Below are positions 1 to 9,672 of a stretch of DNA of 64,000 nucleotides, piece by piece. Below the pieces are notes generated by a model that searched no databases, had not been told where the DNA came from, and was given only the letters and a program-made list of their open reading frames with translations. Every line of letters begins with the position of its first letter. Positions within the stretch are counted from its first letter, which is position 1. The stretch is from an uncultured bacterium. Lineage in GTDB: Bacteria > Patescibacteriota > Doudnabacteria > UBA920. A program made the position numbers and the translations under genes. Location: the NCBI GenBank assembly GCA_963749445.1, contig CAVVMJ010000010.1:181738-245737 (forward strand), read 5' to 3'.

Positions 1-56
1 GTTGTCCTTCATGCTTCTCTTTGATTTGGCGATTTGGGCTTGTGTGGCCATTTTAT

Positions 57-130
57 TAGCTGTTAGCGTTTAGCTGTTAGCGTTTAGCCAACCAGTTTTG
101 CCTGGCTAAATGCTAAATGCTAAATGCTAC
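57..130. repeat. H1 spacer hairpin downstream of rplE
   Basis: TAGCTGTTAGCGTTTAGCTGTTAGCGTTTAGCC aaccagttttgcc TGGCTAAATGCTAAATGCTAAATGCTA. Confidence 0.8.
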
Positions 131-138
131 TTGCAGAA

Positions 139-705
139 TTATTTTTTAAAAGGAAAACCGAGTTCTTTAAGCAATTCCCTGGCGACCTCGTCCTTGCCTG
201 CGTTGGTAATGACGGAAACTTCCAGCCCGAAAATATTTTCCAGCGCGCCGGCGGACATTTCTGGAAACACCAAATGTTCGCGCACGCCCAAATGATAATT
301 GCCGCGGCCGTCAAAATTCGCCGTTACCCCTTGGAAATCGCGCACGCGGGGCAAAGCCACATTAACGAGTTTGTCCAAAAAACTGTACATCCTAAACCCC
401 CGCAAAGTTACCATCACCCCGACAATTTGGTTTTCCCTGACTTTAAATCCGGAAATGGACTTTCTGGCCTGTGTCTTAACCGGCGCCTGTCCGGTAATCT
501 TGGCCACGTCGGCAATAACGGCGTCCACTTTTTTCTTGTCTTCCTTAATTTTGCCCACGCCGCAGTTGACCACCACTTTGGTAATTTTCGGCACTGCCAA
601 AACATTGGCAAAACCAAACTTTTGCTTTAGCGACGGAATCACTTTTTTGATGTATTGTTCTTGGAGTCGTTCCATGTTAGTGGGTAGTAAGTAGTTAGTA
701 GGCAT
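139..705 (-). CDS. rplE: 50S ribosomal protein L5
   Basis: 188 aa ORF; strong resemblance to L5 throughout (KYQKEVIPAL-like N-terminus, VTLRG motif); position after rplX in spc operon order. Confidence 0.9.
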   Translation of the reverse strand: MPTNYLLPTNMERLQEQYIKKVIPSLKQKFGFANVLAVPKITKVVVNCGVGKIKEDKKKVDAVIADVAKITGQAPVKTQARKSISGFKVRENQIVGVMVTLRGFRMYSFLDKLVNVALPRVRDFQGVTANFDGRGNYHLGVREHLVFPEMSAGALENIFGLEVSVITNAGKDEVARELLKELGFPFKK

Positions 706-748
706 GTAGCCTGCGTGGCTACTTACTACTTACTACTGACTATTTGCT
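676..748. repeat. H3 spacer hairpin (TAGTAAG / TTAGTAG tandem arms) between rplE and rplX
   Basis: GTTAGTGGGTAGTAAGTAGTTAGTAGGCATGTAGCCTGCGTGGCTACTTACTACTTACTAC; related copies 2784..2864 and 6731..6806. Confidence 0.8.
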
Positions 749-750
749 AA

Positions 751-1068
751 TTAAACTGCTTTCCCGCTCTGCTTAGCCACTCTCTGCTTGTTGCCGTTTT
801 CCAAAAATTTAAAACCAATGCGCGAAGGATTGCCGGAATTGGGGTCAACCAGCATGACTTTGGAGACCGAAACCGGGGCGGCGAACACAATCTTTTTTCC
901 GCTTTCCCCGGCTTTCCGGCCGCGTTCAAATTTGGTATGCATGTTGACATTATCCACCACCACTTTACCGCGGGCTGGCAGCACGGTCAAAATTTTGCCG
1001 GTCTTGCCTTTGTCTTTGCCGGACAGCACTTTTACGGTATCGCCTTTTTTTATTCGTAGTTTGTTCAT
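751..1068 (-). CDS. rplX: 50S ribosomal protein L24
   Basis: 105 aa; MNKLRIKKGDTVKVLSGKDKGKTGKIL is the canonical L24 KOW N-terminus; between rplN and rplE. Confidence 0.9.
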   Translation of the reverse strand: MNKLRIKKGDTVKVLSGKDKGKTGKILTVLPARGKVVVDNVNMHTKFERGRKAGESGKKIVFAAPVSVSKVMLVDPNSGNPSRIGFKFLENGNKQRVAKQSGKAV

Positions 1069-1080
1069 ATAAATTTCCTT

Positions 1081-1170
1081 CGAACTTACGAACTTATCGA
1101 ACTACGAACTCAGGGTATTGCTGATGGTGGACTTACGGTTCGTAGTTCGTTTTGGTTCGTAAGTTCGTAG
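1081..1170. repeat. H2 spacer hairpin between rplX and rplN
   Basis: CGAACTTACGAACTTATCGAACTACGAAC...CGGTTCGTAGTTCGTTTTGGTTCGTAAGTTCGTAGG. Confidence 0.8.
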
Positions 1171-1180
1171 GACGCTCCTC

Positions 1181-1573
1181 TTAGATGACTTCTGGAGCGA
1201 GCGAAACTATCTTCTTAAATCCGTCCTCGTAATCGCCAATGGCCTTTTCGCGAATCTCTCTCGGGATGGGGCCAAAAATGCGGGTACCCTTTGGCTCGCC
1301 TGATTCCTTGTCCACCAGCACGCCGGCGTTTTCGTCAAACCGGATATAGGAGCCGTCTTTGCGGCGGATTTCCTTTCTTAAACGGACAATAACCGCATAA
1401 ACTTTGTCGCCCTTTTTGATGGAGGTATTGGGGGCAACCTGCTTAACCGAACCGGCAATAATATCACCCACTGTCGCAAAACGCCTGCTGTTCTTGCCGT
1501 TAACCGAAAAGACGTTGACGATTTTCGCGCCCGTGTTATCCGCTATTTTAATCCAGGAACGTACTTGTAGCAT
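1181..1573 (-). CDS. rplN: 50S ribosomal protein L14
   Basis: 130 aa; [17 protein letters not shown]...VKGD matches L14 (MIQ..T.L.VADNSGA) pattern. Confidence 0.9.
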   Translation of the reverse strand: MLQVRSWIKIADNTGAKIVNVFSVNGKNSRRFATVGDIIAGSVKQVAPNTSIKKGDKVYAVIVRLRKEIRRKDGSYIRFDENAGVLVDKESGEPKGTRIFGPIPREIREKAIGDYEDGFKKIVSLAPEVI

Positions 1574-1586
1574 TGTGTTGGCTTAT

Positions 1587-1670
1587 TAGTCGTTAGCGTT
1601 TAGCTTTTAGCAGTTAGCGTTTAGCCATTCAGTATTGCCTGGCTAAGTGCTAAATGCTAACGGCTAAGTG
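1587..1670. repeat. H1 spacer hairpin between rplN and rpsQ
   Basis: GTCGTTAGCGTTTAGCTTTTAGCAGTTAGCGTTTAGCC attcagtattgcc TGGCTAAGTGCTAAATGCTAACGGCTAAGTGCTA. Confidence 0.8.
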
Positions 1671-1675
1671 CTATT

Positions 1676-1921
1676 TTAAGCTTTAGAAATCACCTTGAAC
1701 CTCTTATCTTTAGATATCGGCCGGCAGGACTCAATTACAACCTTATCGCCGACGTGGTATTCGTTATTCTCACTGTGCGCCTTAAACTTTCTGGTAATCT
1801 TGTAAGATTTATGGTATTTCGGGTGGCGCTTCTTAGTGTCAACCTTAACCACCACGGTTTTTTGCATCTTATCCGATACCACGGTTCCAATAAGCTGTTG
1901 TTTTTTTGTAGTTGAATCCAT
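1676..1921 (-). CDS. rpsQ: 30S ribosomal protein S17
   Basis: 81 aa; GTVVSDKMQKTVVVKV...HKKY S17 signature; operon position between rpmC and rplN. Confidence 0.85.
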   Translation of the reverse strand: MDSTTKKQQLIGTVVSDKMQKTVVVKVDTKKRHPKYHKSYKITRKFKAHSENNEYHVGDKVVIESCRPISKDKRFKVISKA

Positions 1922-1986
1922 AATCCAATTGAGGATTACGGATTACGGATTACGGGTTAATCCGCAATGCGTAATTCGTAATTATA

Positions 1987-2175
1987 TTAAATCTTCTTAC
2001 TTTGTAAAAATGTCAGTATGCGTGCAATATCCTTCTTAACCGCGCCAATTTGGCGGTTGTTCTTTAACTGGTTCAGCCTGGCTTTAACCGAAAGCTCGTG
2101 CGCCTGCGCCCGCAATTCGCCCAACAGATGTTTGAGCTCAGCTTCGGTTTTGGTTGTAAGTTCTTTGTACTTCAT
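1987..2175 (-). CDS. rpmC: 50S ribosomal protein L29
   Basis: 62 aa helical protein, ELRAQ..EL...RLNQ pattern typical of L29; operon position. Confidence 0.8.
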   Translation of the reverse strand: MKYKELTTKTEAELKHLLGELRAQAHELSVKARLNQLKNNRQIGAVKKDIARILTFLQSKKI

Positions 2176-2187
2176 AGATTCTTCTTT

Positions 2188-2345
2188 ATTCCCCTCTCCA
2201 ATTTATGGAGAGGGTGCCCGACCGCTACTAGAACTTAAAAGGAAGCGGGAGGGCGGGAGAGATTAAGTCCTGGTTTTAACCTCTCTGTCCCGACTAAAGT
2301 CGGGACATCTCCCCATTAAATGGGGAGAATAATATTGTGCTTCGC
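2188..2345. repeat. R2 GC-rich hairpin repeat in rpmC-rplP spacer
   Basis: CCCCTCTCCAATTTATGGAGAGGGTG...GTCCCGACTAAAGTCGGGACATCTCCCCATTAAATGGGGAGAATAATATTGTGCTTCGCTCTATCCC. Confidence 0.8.
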
Positions 2346-2346
2346 T

Positions 2347-2763
2347 CTATCCCTGTTTTTCATTCACCAAAAATTTGCTCTTAACTGGCAGCTTATAGCT
2401 GGCCAACCGCATGGCTTCTTGCGCCTGCTCCCTAGTTACGCCGTCCATCTCAAACAAAATCTTGCCTTTTTTTACCACCGAAACAAAATGGTCCACCGCG
2501 CCTTTGCCGCCGCCCATCGGGGATTCATTGCCATGCACCGTGACCGGTTTGTCCGCGAACACGCGAATCCAAATTTTACCGCCGCGCTGGACATAGCGCG
2601 TCATGGCGCGCCGAGCCGCCTCAATCTGCCGTGCCGTCACCCAGGAACTTTCCAGAGCCTTTAAGGCAAACTGCCCAAACGCGATTTCCTGCCCGGCCGT
2701 GGCCTGCCCTTTGGTGGTTCCGCGATGGTGCTTGCGGTGTTTTAATTTCTTCGGTATAAACAT
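2347..2763 (-). CDS. rplP: 50S ribosomal protein L16
   Basis: 138 aa; [15 protein letters not shown]...[13 protein letters not shown] canonical L16. Confidence 0.9.
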   Translation of the reverse strand: MFIPKKLKHRKHHRGTTKGQATAGQEIAFGQFALKALESSWVTARQIEAARRAMTRYVQRGGKIWIRVFADKPVTVHGNESPMGGGKGAVDHFVSVVKKGKILFEMDGVTREQAQEAMRLASYKLPVKSKFLVNEKQG

Positions 2764-2783
2764 ATGGTTGGTTATCTTACTTT

Positions 2784-2864
2784 CTTTACTAACTACTAAT
2801 CGGTACTAATATACTAATCTCTAAGGTCTTCATTAGTATATTCGTAAAAATTAGTAGTTAGTAA
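2784..2864. repeat. H3 spacer hairpin between rplP and rpsC
   Basis: CTTTACTAACTACTAAT...ATTAGTAGTTAGTAAAG. Confidence 0.75.
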
Positions 2865-2891
2865 AGACAGATTACTTAGCTCTTTCTTCGG

Positions 2892-3549
2892 CTAAAACCG
2901 GTTTCTTTCCCCCATCTTTCTTCTCCTCAAAACATCTCCCTTATAAATCCAAACCTTTATCCCGACCGTGCCGTAAGTGGTAAACGCCGTACTCCTGGCA
3001 AAGTCAATGTCGGCGCGCAGAGTATGCAAAGGGATTTTGCCGTTTGACAAATGCTCGGTACGCGCAATGTCCGCGCCGTTAAGCCGCCCGCCGATGGCCA
3101 CTTTGGCCCCTTTGGCTCCGGCCTGCATAATCTGCTCCAAAGACTGCTTCATCAGCCGGCGGAAAGCCACACGTTTTTCCAGCTGTTCGGCAATGCCGTT
3201 GGCAACCACCTGGGCCTGCAAATTTATGTCGCGCACTTCCTCAATGTTAACCTTTAATTCTTTTTTAATGCCGAGCTTGCTCTTAATCTTTTTTTTCAGC
3301 TCTTCAATTCCCGCGCCGCCCTTGCCGATAATCAAGTCCGGGTTTGGTGGTTTTGACAATGACGTTGATTGTCCCGTCGCCCATGCGCTCAATGTCAATG
3401 CGGACCAAGCCGGCTTTTTTTAGGTGCTTTTCCAGATACTCGCGGATCTGACGTCTTCCTGAAGCTGCTGTATATAATGCCCTTTGGAAAACCACCGGGA
3501 TTTCCAGGTATCGGTAATGTTCATGCGGAACGATGTGGGATTGATCTTA
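2892..3549 (-). CDS. rpsC: 30S ribosomal protein S3 (reading frame broken by two apparent frameshifts)
   Basis: N-terminus MGHKINPTSFRMNITDTWKSRWF (start 3549) is in one frame, KH-domain segment (ORF 3304..3495) in a second, C-terminal 168 aa (ORF 2892..3398) in a third; all three pieces match S3 in order. Confidence 0.8.
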
Positions 3550-3719
3550 TGGCCCATAATTTATAGATAGTTATTGGTTATAGGGTGTAGCGGCCGGTAC
3601 GGGGAAAGGTAATAGGGTATTGGTTTTGGCGGCCGGTGTAGTGGTAGGTTTTAAGGTCTCTGTTACCTAAAACCCATTCCTTACAACCACACCGGACGCC
3701 ACACCTTATACCTTACTAC

Positions 3720-4367
3720 TTATTTCTGTACTAGCCGCCACACCTTATACCTTATTACTGCTCTACTCCCCGGACTTTCTATTAAACAGTCTTCTCTTGT
3801 TCTGCATCCGGTTCTCTTTTCTCTGCTCGTCACTCCTGAACAGTTCGCGCTTTTTCGGGGCGTCCGATGTTTCCTTAATGTTGTGGCTTCCTTTTGGTCC
3901 ACGCTCATTTCCGCCGGCCGAAGGTCCCCCGAAGCTTTAGCGGAGGGGGGCTTCTCATCTTTCTTGAACAAAGCGAATCTACTCTTGGACTTAACGCCGG
4001 TCTTGCGCAGTTCCAAAACCAAATTCACGTGCGACAGTTTGCGGCGGATGACAAAAGCGCTGCCGCGGGCGCGGGGGAAATATCGCTTCAAAACTTTACC
4101 CATATCCGCGGTAATGCTTTTGATAAATAAGTGATCAATATCAAGAGAAAAATTATTTTTGGCGTTAGCCATGGCGGAACTTTAAAAGCTTAGCCACCAT
4201 GGGCGCGCCTTTTTTGTTGGATGCTGCAGCTGGACCATCGCCTCATTGGCATTCATGCCCTTAATGACATTCGTCACTAGCCGGATTTTGCTCGGTGCAA
4301 GATGAAGATCGCGGGCGGAGGCCGTAACGAACTTGTGATGATTCGGTTGTGGATATGCTTTGGGCAT
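3720..4367 (-). CDS. rplV: 50S ribosomal protein L22 (one apparent frameshift near 4175; C-terminal end uncertain)
   Basis: ORF 4182..4367 = L22 N-terminus (IRLVTNVIKGMNANEAMVQL), continues in ORF 3720..4172 (VLKRYFPRARGSAFVIRRKLSHVNLVL = L22 core); long tail after that may be artefactual. Confidence 0.65.
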
Positions 4368-4491
4368 TTTATAAATTATTTACTTACTGTAATTTCTAAT
4401 TGCCTAATAATTTCTAATACTTAATATCTATTTATAAACCATACTTTGACATTCGACATTTGATATTGGCATTGTTGAAATAAATTGAAAA

Positions 4492-4836
4492 TTAAAATTG
4501 GTTAATTATTTCTTCGGTCTCTTTCGCCGCCGCCAACTTCGCCTTCTCCGCTTCCGCGGCCGCCATTTCCTGTTCCTTGGCCATCTTGCCGCCGTGGCGG
4601 ATGAATTTGCGGGTCAAAGCGAATTCTCCCAATTTGTGTCCGACCATATTTTCCGTAACGAACACCGGCACATGCGCCCGGCCATTATGCACCAAAAAAG
4701 TAAATCCCACAAATTCCGGCGCAATGGAACAAGCCCGCGACCAGGTCTTAATCTGGTCCTTGCCGGCTTTCCCCGCCAAAACTTTCTTTAACACCCGCGG
4801 GTCTACGTATGGTCCTTTTTTGGATGATCTGGACAT
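4492..4836 (-). CDS. rpsS: 30S ribosomal protein S19 with Ala/Glu/Lys-rich C-terminal extension
   Basis: 114 aa; [19 protein letters not shown]...[23 protein letters not shown] canonical S19; extra ~25 aa tail. Confidence 0.9.
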   Translation of the reverse strand: MSRSSKKGPYVDPRVLKKVLAGKAGKDQIKTWSRACSIAPEFVGFTFLVHNGRAHVPVFVTENMVGHKLGEFALTRKFIRHGGKMAKEQEMAAAEAEKAKLAAAKETEEIINQF

Positions 4837-4839
4837 AGG

Positions 4840-5730
4840 TTACTTAATAATTCGAAAACTTGAAAGAATTTTATTAAAAATTGAAGCATCGATATTGGTA
4901 AGATTAAACACATAAACTTTCCCATTCAAATCAGCCTCGTACATTTGGGTTTCAATCATGCCTAATCCAATAAAAGTTGTCCACTTAATAGAATTGATAG
5001 TCTGTGTTTTTAAACTGCCCGGCTGAATATCAGTTTTTGATCCGGCAACGTTGTAAAAACTCAATTCAGATGGCACTCCATCAGACATACAATTCTTATA
5101 CTGGTTCTCTGCCGTGCAATTTTTTGCATTTTCGTCTTGTTTTTGCTTGGTTGACGCTGAAACAAAAGTTAAGCCTTGACTATTAGATTCTACTATCCAA
5201 TCAGCAGGAATATTTACCTTAAAACCATATTGTGCACTAGAATAAGTTTTCCAATTTGCAGTCTGGCTATTGGCAAATTTTATTGGCAAACGAAATTCCT
5301 CAATATTTGACCCGTCCTTCTCTTCCTCGCTCTTAAAAACTAAAACACCGGTCTGTGTTGCCAAATGACTCATCATTTCCCTGTCGCCTACCGTAGCTTC
5401 AAAATAAGCCGGAAATTTCATCCAATCGCCCGTAATTTGCAAAGGCGCTATTTCGCTTACCGCTTTGTTGTTTGCGTCAAAAACTTGGACATTTCCAGCG
5501 ACGCCTTCAAACGCGCTCCACCCTTGGCCATCAAGATACCCTTTTACCGTAATTGGCAACTGAACTTCCTGATTCATTACCGGCTGTTCTACCACAATAC
5601 CTTTCATCTGCTGATTTTGCGCAAGCCCGCCTTGACTCGCCGAAGGCGAGACAGGTTGAACCTGCGCTGTCTGCTTGTTGCAGGCCGCGGCGAGAAGCAG
5701 AATTGGAATTGCGATGAAAAGCTTTTTCAT
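4840..5730 (-). CDS. lipoprotein of unknown function inserted between rplB and rpsS
   Basis: Start taken at MKKLFIAIPILLLAAAC (signal peptide + lipobox Cys); 5' part of the track ORF is translation of the R1 repeat; paralogous signal peptide to 11368..12303. Confidence 0.6.
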   Translation of the reverse strand: MKKLFIAIPILLLAAACNKQTAQVQPVSPSASQGGLAQNQQMKGIVVEQPVMNQEVQLPITVKGYLDGQGWSAFEGVAGNVQVFDANNKAVSEIAPLQITGDWMKFPAYFEATVGDREMMSHLATQTGVLVFKSEEEKDGSNIEEFRLPIKFANSQTANWKTYSSAQYGFKVNIPADWIVESNSQGLTFVSASTKQKQDENAKNCTAENQYKNCMSDGVPSELSFYNVAGSKTDIQPGSLKTQTINSIKWTTFIGLGMIETQMYEADLNGKVYVFNLTNIDASIFNKILSSFRIIK

Positions 5731-5739
5731 AATGTTTAT

Positions 5740-5872
5740 CTCCAACCACCTCCCCCGCCTGCGGCGGGTACTCCTCCTTAAAAAGGAGGAGAGCTCCGCG
5801 GTATTGCGGATAACTGCGGAGCTTCCCTCCTGCCAAGGAGGGATGTCCCGCAAAGCGGGACGGGGTGGTTGT
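5740..5872. repeat. R1 GC-rich modular hairpin repeat, A-spacer-B palindromic pair
   Basis: CTCCAACCACCTCCCCCGCCTGCGGCGGGTACTCCTCCTTAAAAAGGAGGAGAGCTCCGCGG ... GCGGAGCTTCCCTCCTGCCAAGGAGGGATGTCCCGCAAAGCGGGACGGGGTGGTTG; same modules as copies at 12315, 16248, 29219, 30712, 37884, 40021, 50671, 51806. Confidence 0.85.
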
Positions 5873-5886
5873 TAAATGTTAAATGT

Positions 5887-6728
5887 TTACTTCTGCCTGC
5901 GTTGGATAATCATCCGATTGGAATATTTTTTCTTCAATCTTGTCTTTACTCCCAAAGCGTGCTTTCCCCAGGGAGTCTTTGGATATTTCATACCAATCGG
6001 GTTGTGGCCTTCGCCGCCGCCGTGCGGGTGGTCTACCGGGTTCATAACTTTACCTCTTACGTCGGCCGCCAGCCCATATGCCGCATTCTTCCGGCCTTGC
6101 CAATCCTGACGTTCATCCAGTCCGCGTTCGCCAGCTGGCCGATGGACGCCAAAACCTGTCAGGCACGCTGCGGATTTCGCCGCTGGGCATTTTAAGCAAA
6201 GCGTAACCCGCTTCCACAGTCTGTAATATAGCATAATTGCCGGCGGAGCGGGCGATTTTGCCGCCCTGTCCCGGGAATCAATTCAATGTCGTGGATAAAG
6301 TGACCGACCGGAATATTTTTTACCATCAGCCGGTTGCCGGGATGGATGTCCGCGGCTCTCGCCGTACATAATTTTGTCGCCGACCTTAAGCCCCTCTGGC
6401 GTCAAAATAAAACGCTTGCTGCCGTCTTTATAAGAAACCAGCGAAATAAACGCCGTGCGCGTCGGATCGTATTCCATGGTCTAAGAATTTAGCCGGAATA
6501 TTTTTTTTGTCCAGCTCTGGAAAAATCCACAATCCTGGACTTTGCGGATAGCGCCGCCGCCCTGGTGCCGCACGGTAATTTTGCCGCTGTTGTTGCGGCC
6601 GGCCGGCTTTGGCTTTGCTGACAATTAGTCCTTTGGGCGTTTATGGCGTTTATCCAAAACCGAATAGTCGGTAACCTGAATGGATGCGTCTGCCCTGCTG
6701 ATGTTGGTTTGTAGAGTTTTACTGCCAT
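5887..6728 (-). CDS. rplB: 50S ribosomal protein L2 (reading frame broken by at least two apparent frameshifts)
   Basis: Three consecutive ORFs in different frames (6489..6728 [14 protein letters not shown]-terminus; 6283..6477 middle; 5887..6234 C-terminus with HPHGGGEG motif) together match L2 end to end. Confidence 0.8.
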
Positions 6729-6730
6729 AA

Positions 6731-6806
6731 ATTAGTTAGTAGTTGGTAGTGAGTAGGGGGTAGCCAGCAGCTGTTTGACTACTAACTACTTACTACCCAG
6801 TAAATG
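6731..6806. repeat. H3 spacer hairpin between rplB and rplW
   Basis: TAGTTAGTAGTTGGTAGTGAGTAGGGGGTAGCCAGCAGCTGTTTGACTACTAACTACTTACTAC. Confidence 0.75.
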
Positions 6807-7173
6807 CTAAATTGTCTCCGTTGCCCTCTATCTTCTGCCCTTTCTTTAAAGTGACAATGGCTTTTTTAAAACCGGAAGTATGGCCGGAAATCCGGCCGGC
6901 ATTGCGCGTCTTGCCTTTAGTGTTTAAAATATTAACAAAAATCACGTTAACTTTATAAAACCGTTCAACCGATTTCTTGATTTCCACTTTGTTGGCATGC
7001 TTTATAACGTTAAATACGTATTTGCCGCTTTCAGCCAGCTGGCCGGCTTTTTCGGAAATCCTGGGGCCCAGCAAAACCATGGGCATGCCGGAGGCAGCGG
7101 ATGATGCGGCAGCGGCCGATGAAGCCGCGGGCTTGGTTTCTTGCGTTTCTTCCTTTTTGCTGAATAATGCCAT
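6793..7173 (-). CDS. rplW: 50S ribosomal protein L23 with Ala/Ser-rich N-terminal extension
   Basis: 126 aa; C-terminal 95 aa match L23; operon position between rplD and rplB. Confidence 0.85.
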   Translation of the reverse strand: MALFSKKEETQETKPAASSAAAASSAASGMPMVLLGPRISEKAGQLAESGKYVFNVIKHANKVEIKKSVERFYKVNVIFVNILNTKGKTRNAGRISGHTSGFKKAIVTLKKGQKIEGNGDNLAFTG

Positions 7174-7248
7174 ATTATTTACAGATTTATGGGCGCACTG
7201 TAGGGGAAGATATTATCTTCCCTTTAAACGGGCGGATGATATCCGCCC

Positions 7249-7895
7249 CTACTTCTTATTAAGATATGTTTTCTCAATAACCGGTAAAGAATCTTTTAAT
7301 ACAATAATGCTGTCCGCCTTTAATACATCCACTATATTCAAACTGTTGGCCAAAACCGTAGTCAGACTCGGGATATTGCGGGAAGCGCGAAACAGCTTGT
7401 CGTCTTTCTTGGGCATCAAAAACATATTTTTCCTGCCCATATCCTTTACCGATTTTTGAAAGCCGGCCAAAATTTCGGCGAATTCCTTGGTCTTGGGTTT
7501 TTCCATGACAATTTGGTCCACGACGATAAACTGGTTATTCTTGGCTTTATCCGAAACGACATAAACAACGCTTTGGTTTTGGCCTTTTTGTTAATCTTTA
7601 ATTCCCAATTCTGGTTGGCGCGCGGGCCGAAAGTAATGCCGCCGTGGCGCCAAATCGGGCTGCGGGTGCTGCCCACGCGGGCGCGGCCCGTGCCTTTTTG
7701 CTTCCAGGGTTTTTTGCCGCCGCCGCTGACTTCGCCGCGGGTTTTGGTATTGCTGGTGCCTTGGCGGGAATTGGACTGGCTAATGCGCACGGCTTCGGCC
7801 AGCAAATGCTCAGAGGGTTTGACTTCAAAAATCTTGGGATTGAGTTCAATCTCTCCGATTTTTTCAGCTGTCTGGTTGTAAAGCGTTGTCTTCAT
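7249..7895 (-). CDS. rplD: 50S ribosomal protein L4 (one apparent frameshift near 7570)
   Basis: ORF 7446..7895 N-terminal L4 ([16 protein letters not shown]), ORF 7249..7521 C-terminal L4; junction in a T/G homopolymer-rich stretch. Confidence 0.8.
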
Positions 7896-7902
7896 GTATG
7901 AA

Positions 7903-7972
7903 AAGCTTTTAGCGATTAGCGATTAGCCAGCAAAACTGTATGGCTAAATGCTACTTGCTAAACGCTAAATGC
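7903..7972. repeat. H1 spacer hairpin between rplD and rplC
   Basis: GCTTTTAGCGATTAGCGATTAGCCAGCAAAACTGTATGGCTAAATGCTACTTGCTAAACGCTAAATGC. Confidence 0.8.
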
Positions 7973-7976
7973 TTGC

Positions 7977-8642
7977 TTACTTCTTCTTTTTCTCTTCCTT
8001 AACTTCCGTAATCTTAACAAGCGGTTTTACTACGCCCGTGGAAATAATCCTGACAAGTCCGTTGCGATACCCAGGCACCGCGCCCTTGACTGAAATCAGA
8101 TTTTTTTTGGCGTCAACTTCCACCACTTGTAAATTCTTAACAGTCACTTGTTGTACGCCCATATGTCCGGCCATCCTTAAACCTTTGCGGGTGTGCTGGG
8201 GAAAGCGCTGGCCAATGGAACCCACGCTGCGCGGTTTGTTATGGCCGTGGGTCATGGGAAAACCTTTAAAGCCGTGGCGTTTCATGGCTCCGGCAAAACC
8301 GCGGCCCTTGCCCACGCCAATGGCGTTAACCAGTTCGCCGGCCTGAAAACCGCTGACGTCAATCTTTTGGCCGCGCTGATAAGGCTTGGTGTCGCTGACC
8401 TTAAATTCTGATAAAACGGCAAAAGCACCCAAATCCTTCAAATGTCCCGCAATGGATTTTGATGCTTTTCTCTTTTTACCAATTCCGACTTGCACCGCGC
8501 TGTACTTATCTCTTCCTTCCACGGATTTAATCTGAGTAACTATCATCGGGTCTGCCTGGATTACGGTCACCGGCAAAACCGCCCCGCTCTGGGGATCAAA
8601 ATACTGCGTCATATTCAGTTTTCGTCCGATGAGGAAATTCAT
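7977..8642 (-). CDS. rplC: 50S ribosomal protein L3
   Basis: 221 aa; GRKLNMTQYFDPQSGAVLPVTVIQ and FKGFPMTHGHNKPRSVGSIG match L3. Confidence 0.9.
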   Translation of the reverse strand: MNFLIGRKLNMTQYFDPQSGAVLPVTVIQADPMIVTQIKSVEGRDKYSAVQVGIGKKRKASKSIAGHLKDLGAFAVLSEFKVSDTKPYQRGQKIDVSGFQAGELVNAIGVGKGRGFAGAMKRHGFKGFPMTHGHNKPRSVGSIGQRFPQHTRKGLRMAGHMGVQQVTVKNLQVVEVDAKKNLISVKGAVPGYRNGLVRIISTGVVKPLVKITEVKEEKKKK

Positions 8643-8879
8643 TTATCCGCCAAAATTTTTAATCAATTATTATAAATATTTTAACTGTCATCTGCTTATA
8701 TTTTTATACAACCCCCGTTTATTGTATAAAAATTTAGGCGGATGAATAAAAAAATGGCTAGATGGCAACCATCTACCCAAAAATATCTTTAGGAAATTTT
8801 CGAATAAATGGTTATCTGATAATCAAAGCTTGTTGGACTTTTAATTAACAGAACTCACTTATGCCGATATTTAATTTTC

Positions 8880-9203
8880 TTAACTCATTTTAATTTCTAC
8901 ATCCACCCCGGCCGGCAAATTCAAGTTAGTCAAAGAATCTATGGTTTTGGGCGTAGCGTCGGTAATATCAATTAACCTCTTATGGACCCGCATTTCAAAC
9001 TGTTCGCGGCTGTCTTTATGCACAAAAGTTGAGCGCAATACCGTGTATTTGCTCTTTTCCGTGGGCAGCGGGATGGGACCGCAAATGCTGGCGCCCGTGC
9101 GCTTAGCCGTGTCCACAATCTGCTTGGAACTTTGGTCTATGAGCTTGTGATCGTAAGCCCGGATTTTAATGCGAATTTTGGGCTTAGCCGCTTCCTTGTC
9201 CAT
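8880..9203 (-). CDS. rpsJ: 30S ribosomal protein S10
   Basis: 107 aa; [16 protein letters not shown]...THLRLIDI-like S10 pattern; first gene of S10 operon. Confidence 0.9.
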   Translation of the reverse strand: MDKEAAKPKIRIKIRAYDHKLIDQSSKQIVDTAKRTGASICGPIPLPTEKSKYTVLRSTFVHKDSREQFEMRVHKRLIDITDATPKTIDSLTNLNLPAGVDVEIKMS

Positions 9204-9304
9204 TTGTTAAAGATACCTTATTGCTAGCGCGTAGCGTGCCGATTTATCGGCGGTTAGTGATATTAAACTAGGCCTTTTGAAAAGCCTTTTCGTACTTGCA
9301 ATAG

Positions 9305-9331
9305 TTTATACTAGATGTTAAAAATTGTCAA
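9305..9331 (-). promoter_or_regulatory. candidate sigma70 promoter for S10 operon
   Basis: minus-strand TTGACA (9331..9326), 15-17 nt spacer, TATAAA/TAAACT about 110 nt upstream of rpsJ start; spacing slightly short. Confidence 0.35.
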
Positions 9332-9451
9332 GGAATTTAGAAATATTGACAAAATTAATCAAAAGTGCTGTAATAAAACATTAATTTCGTCAAGCTTTCT
9401 TCGCCCCTTGATTTCCGCTCACAAAACTTTGCGATTGGGAAAAAGATAAGA

Positions 9452-9483
9452 GTTGATAAAACGCGCGGCCGCGCGTTTTATCA
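9452..9483. terminator. bidirectional intrinsic terminator-like palindrome between tuf and rpsJ
   Basis: GTTGATAAAACGCGCGGCCGCGCGTTTTATCAAC: perfect GC stem flanked by A4/T4 runs; followed at 9497..9528 by R4 hairpin ATTTCTTAAACTCACGGCCGTGAGTTTAAGAAA. Confidence 0.55.
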
Positions 9484-9615
9484 ACAAACAGCACCATTTC
9501 TTAAACTCACGGCCGTGAGTTTAAGAAACCTGCGATCAAATGGAATGATGGCAAAATCCGCCAGGCTCATATCTCCCATATACTGGAGCATAAAAAATAC
9601 TAACTCTCTCGAACT

Positions 9616-9672
9616 GGATCCCGGATATTTTTTGCGGCTTATGATGTTCATCAGCGCAAAAAATCCGGGATG
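9616..9672. repeat. R3 hairpin repeat (GGATCCCGGATATTTTTTGCGGC...GCGCAAAAAATCCGGGATG)
   Basis: one of four copies (also 13307..13372, 58813..58870, 62041..62172); causes the spurious look-alike ORFs 9481..9720 and 58670..58903. Confidence 0.8.

Noticed and set aside
110-1072. Plus-strand ORFs (124..630, 299..694, 788..1072 and similar) overlapping the ribosomal-protein genes
   Set aside because: Entirely antisense to strongly conserved ribosomal-protein genes; no motifs; Cys/Arg/Ser-rich composition typical of non-coding frames.
2892-6728. Programmed ribosomal frameshifting or alternative genetic code to explain broken rpsC and rplB
   Set aside because: Too many sites (10 or more) across unrelated genes, mostly at homopolymers; TGA and TAG both terminate intact genes such as rplP and rpsC, so no recoding.
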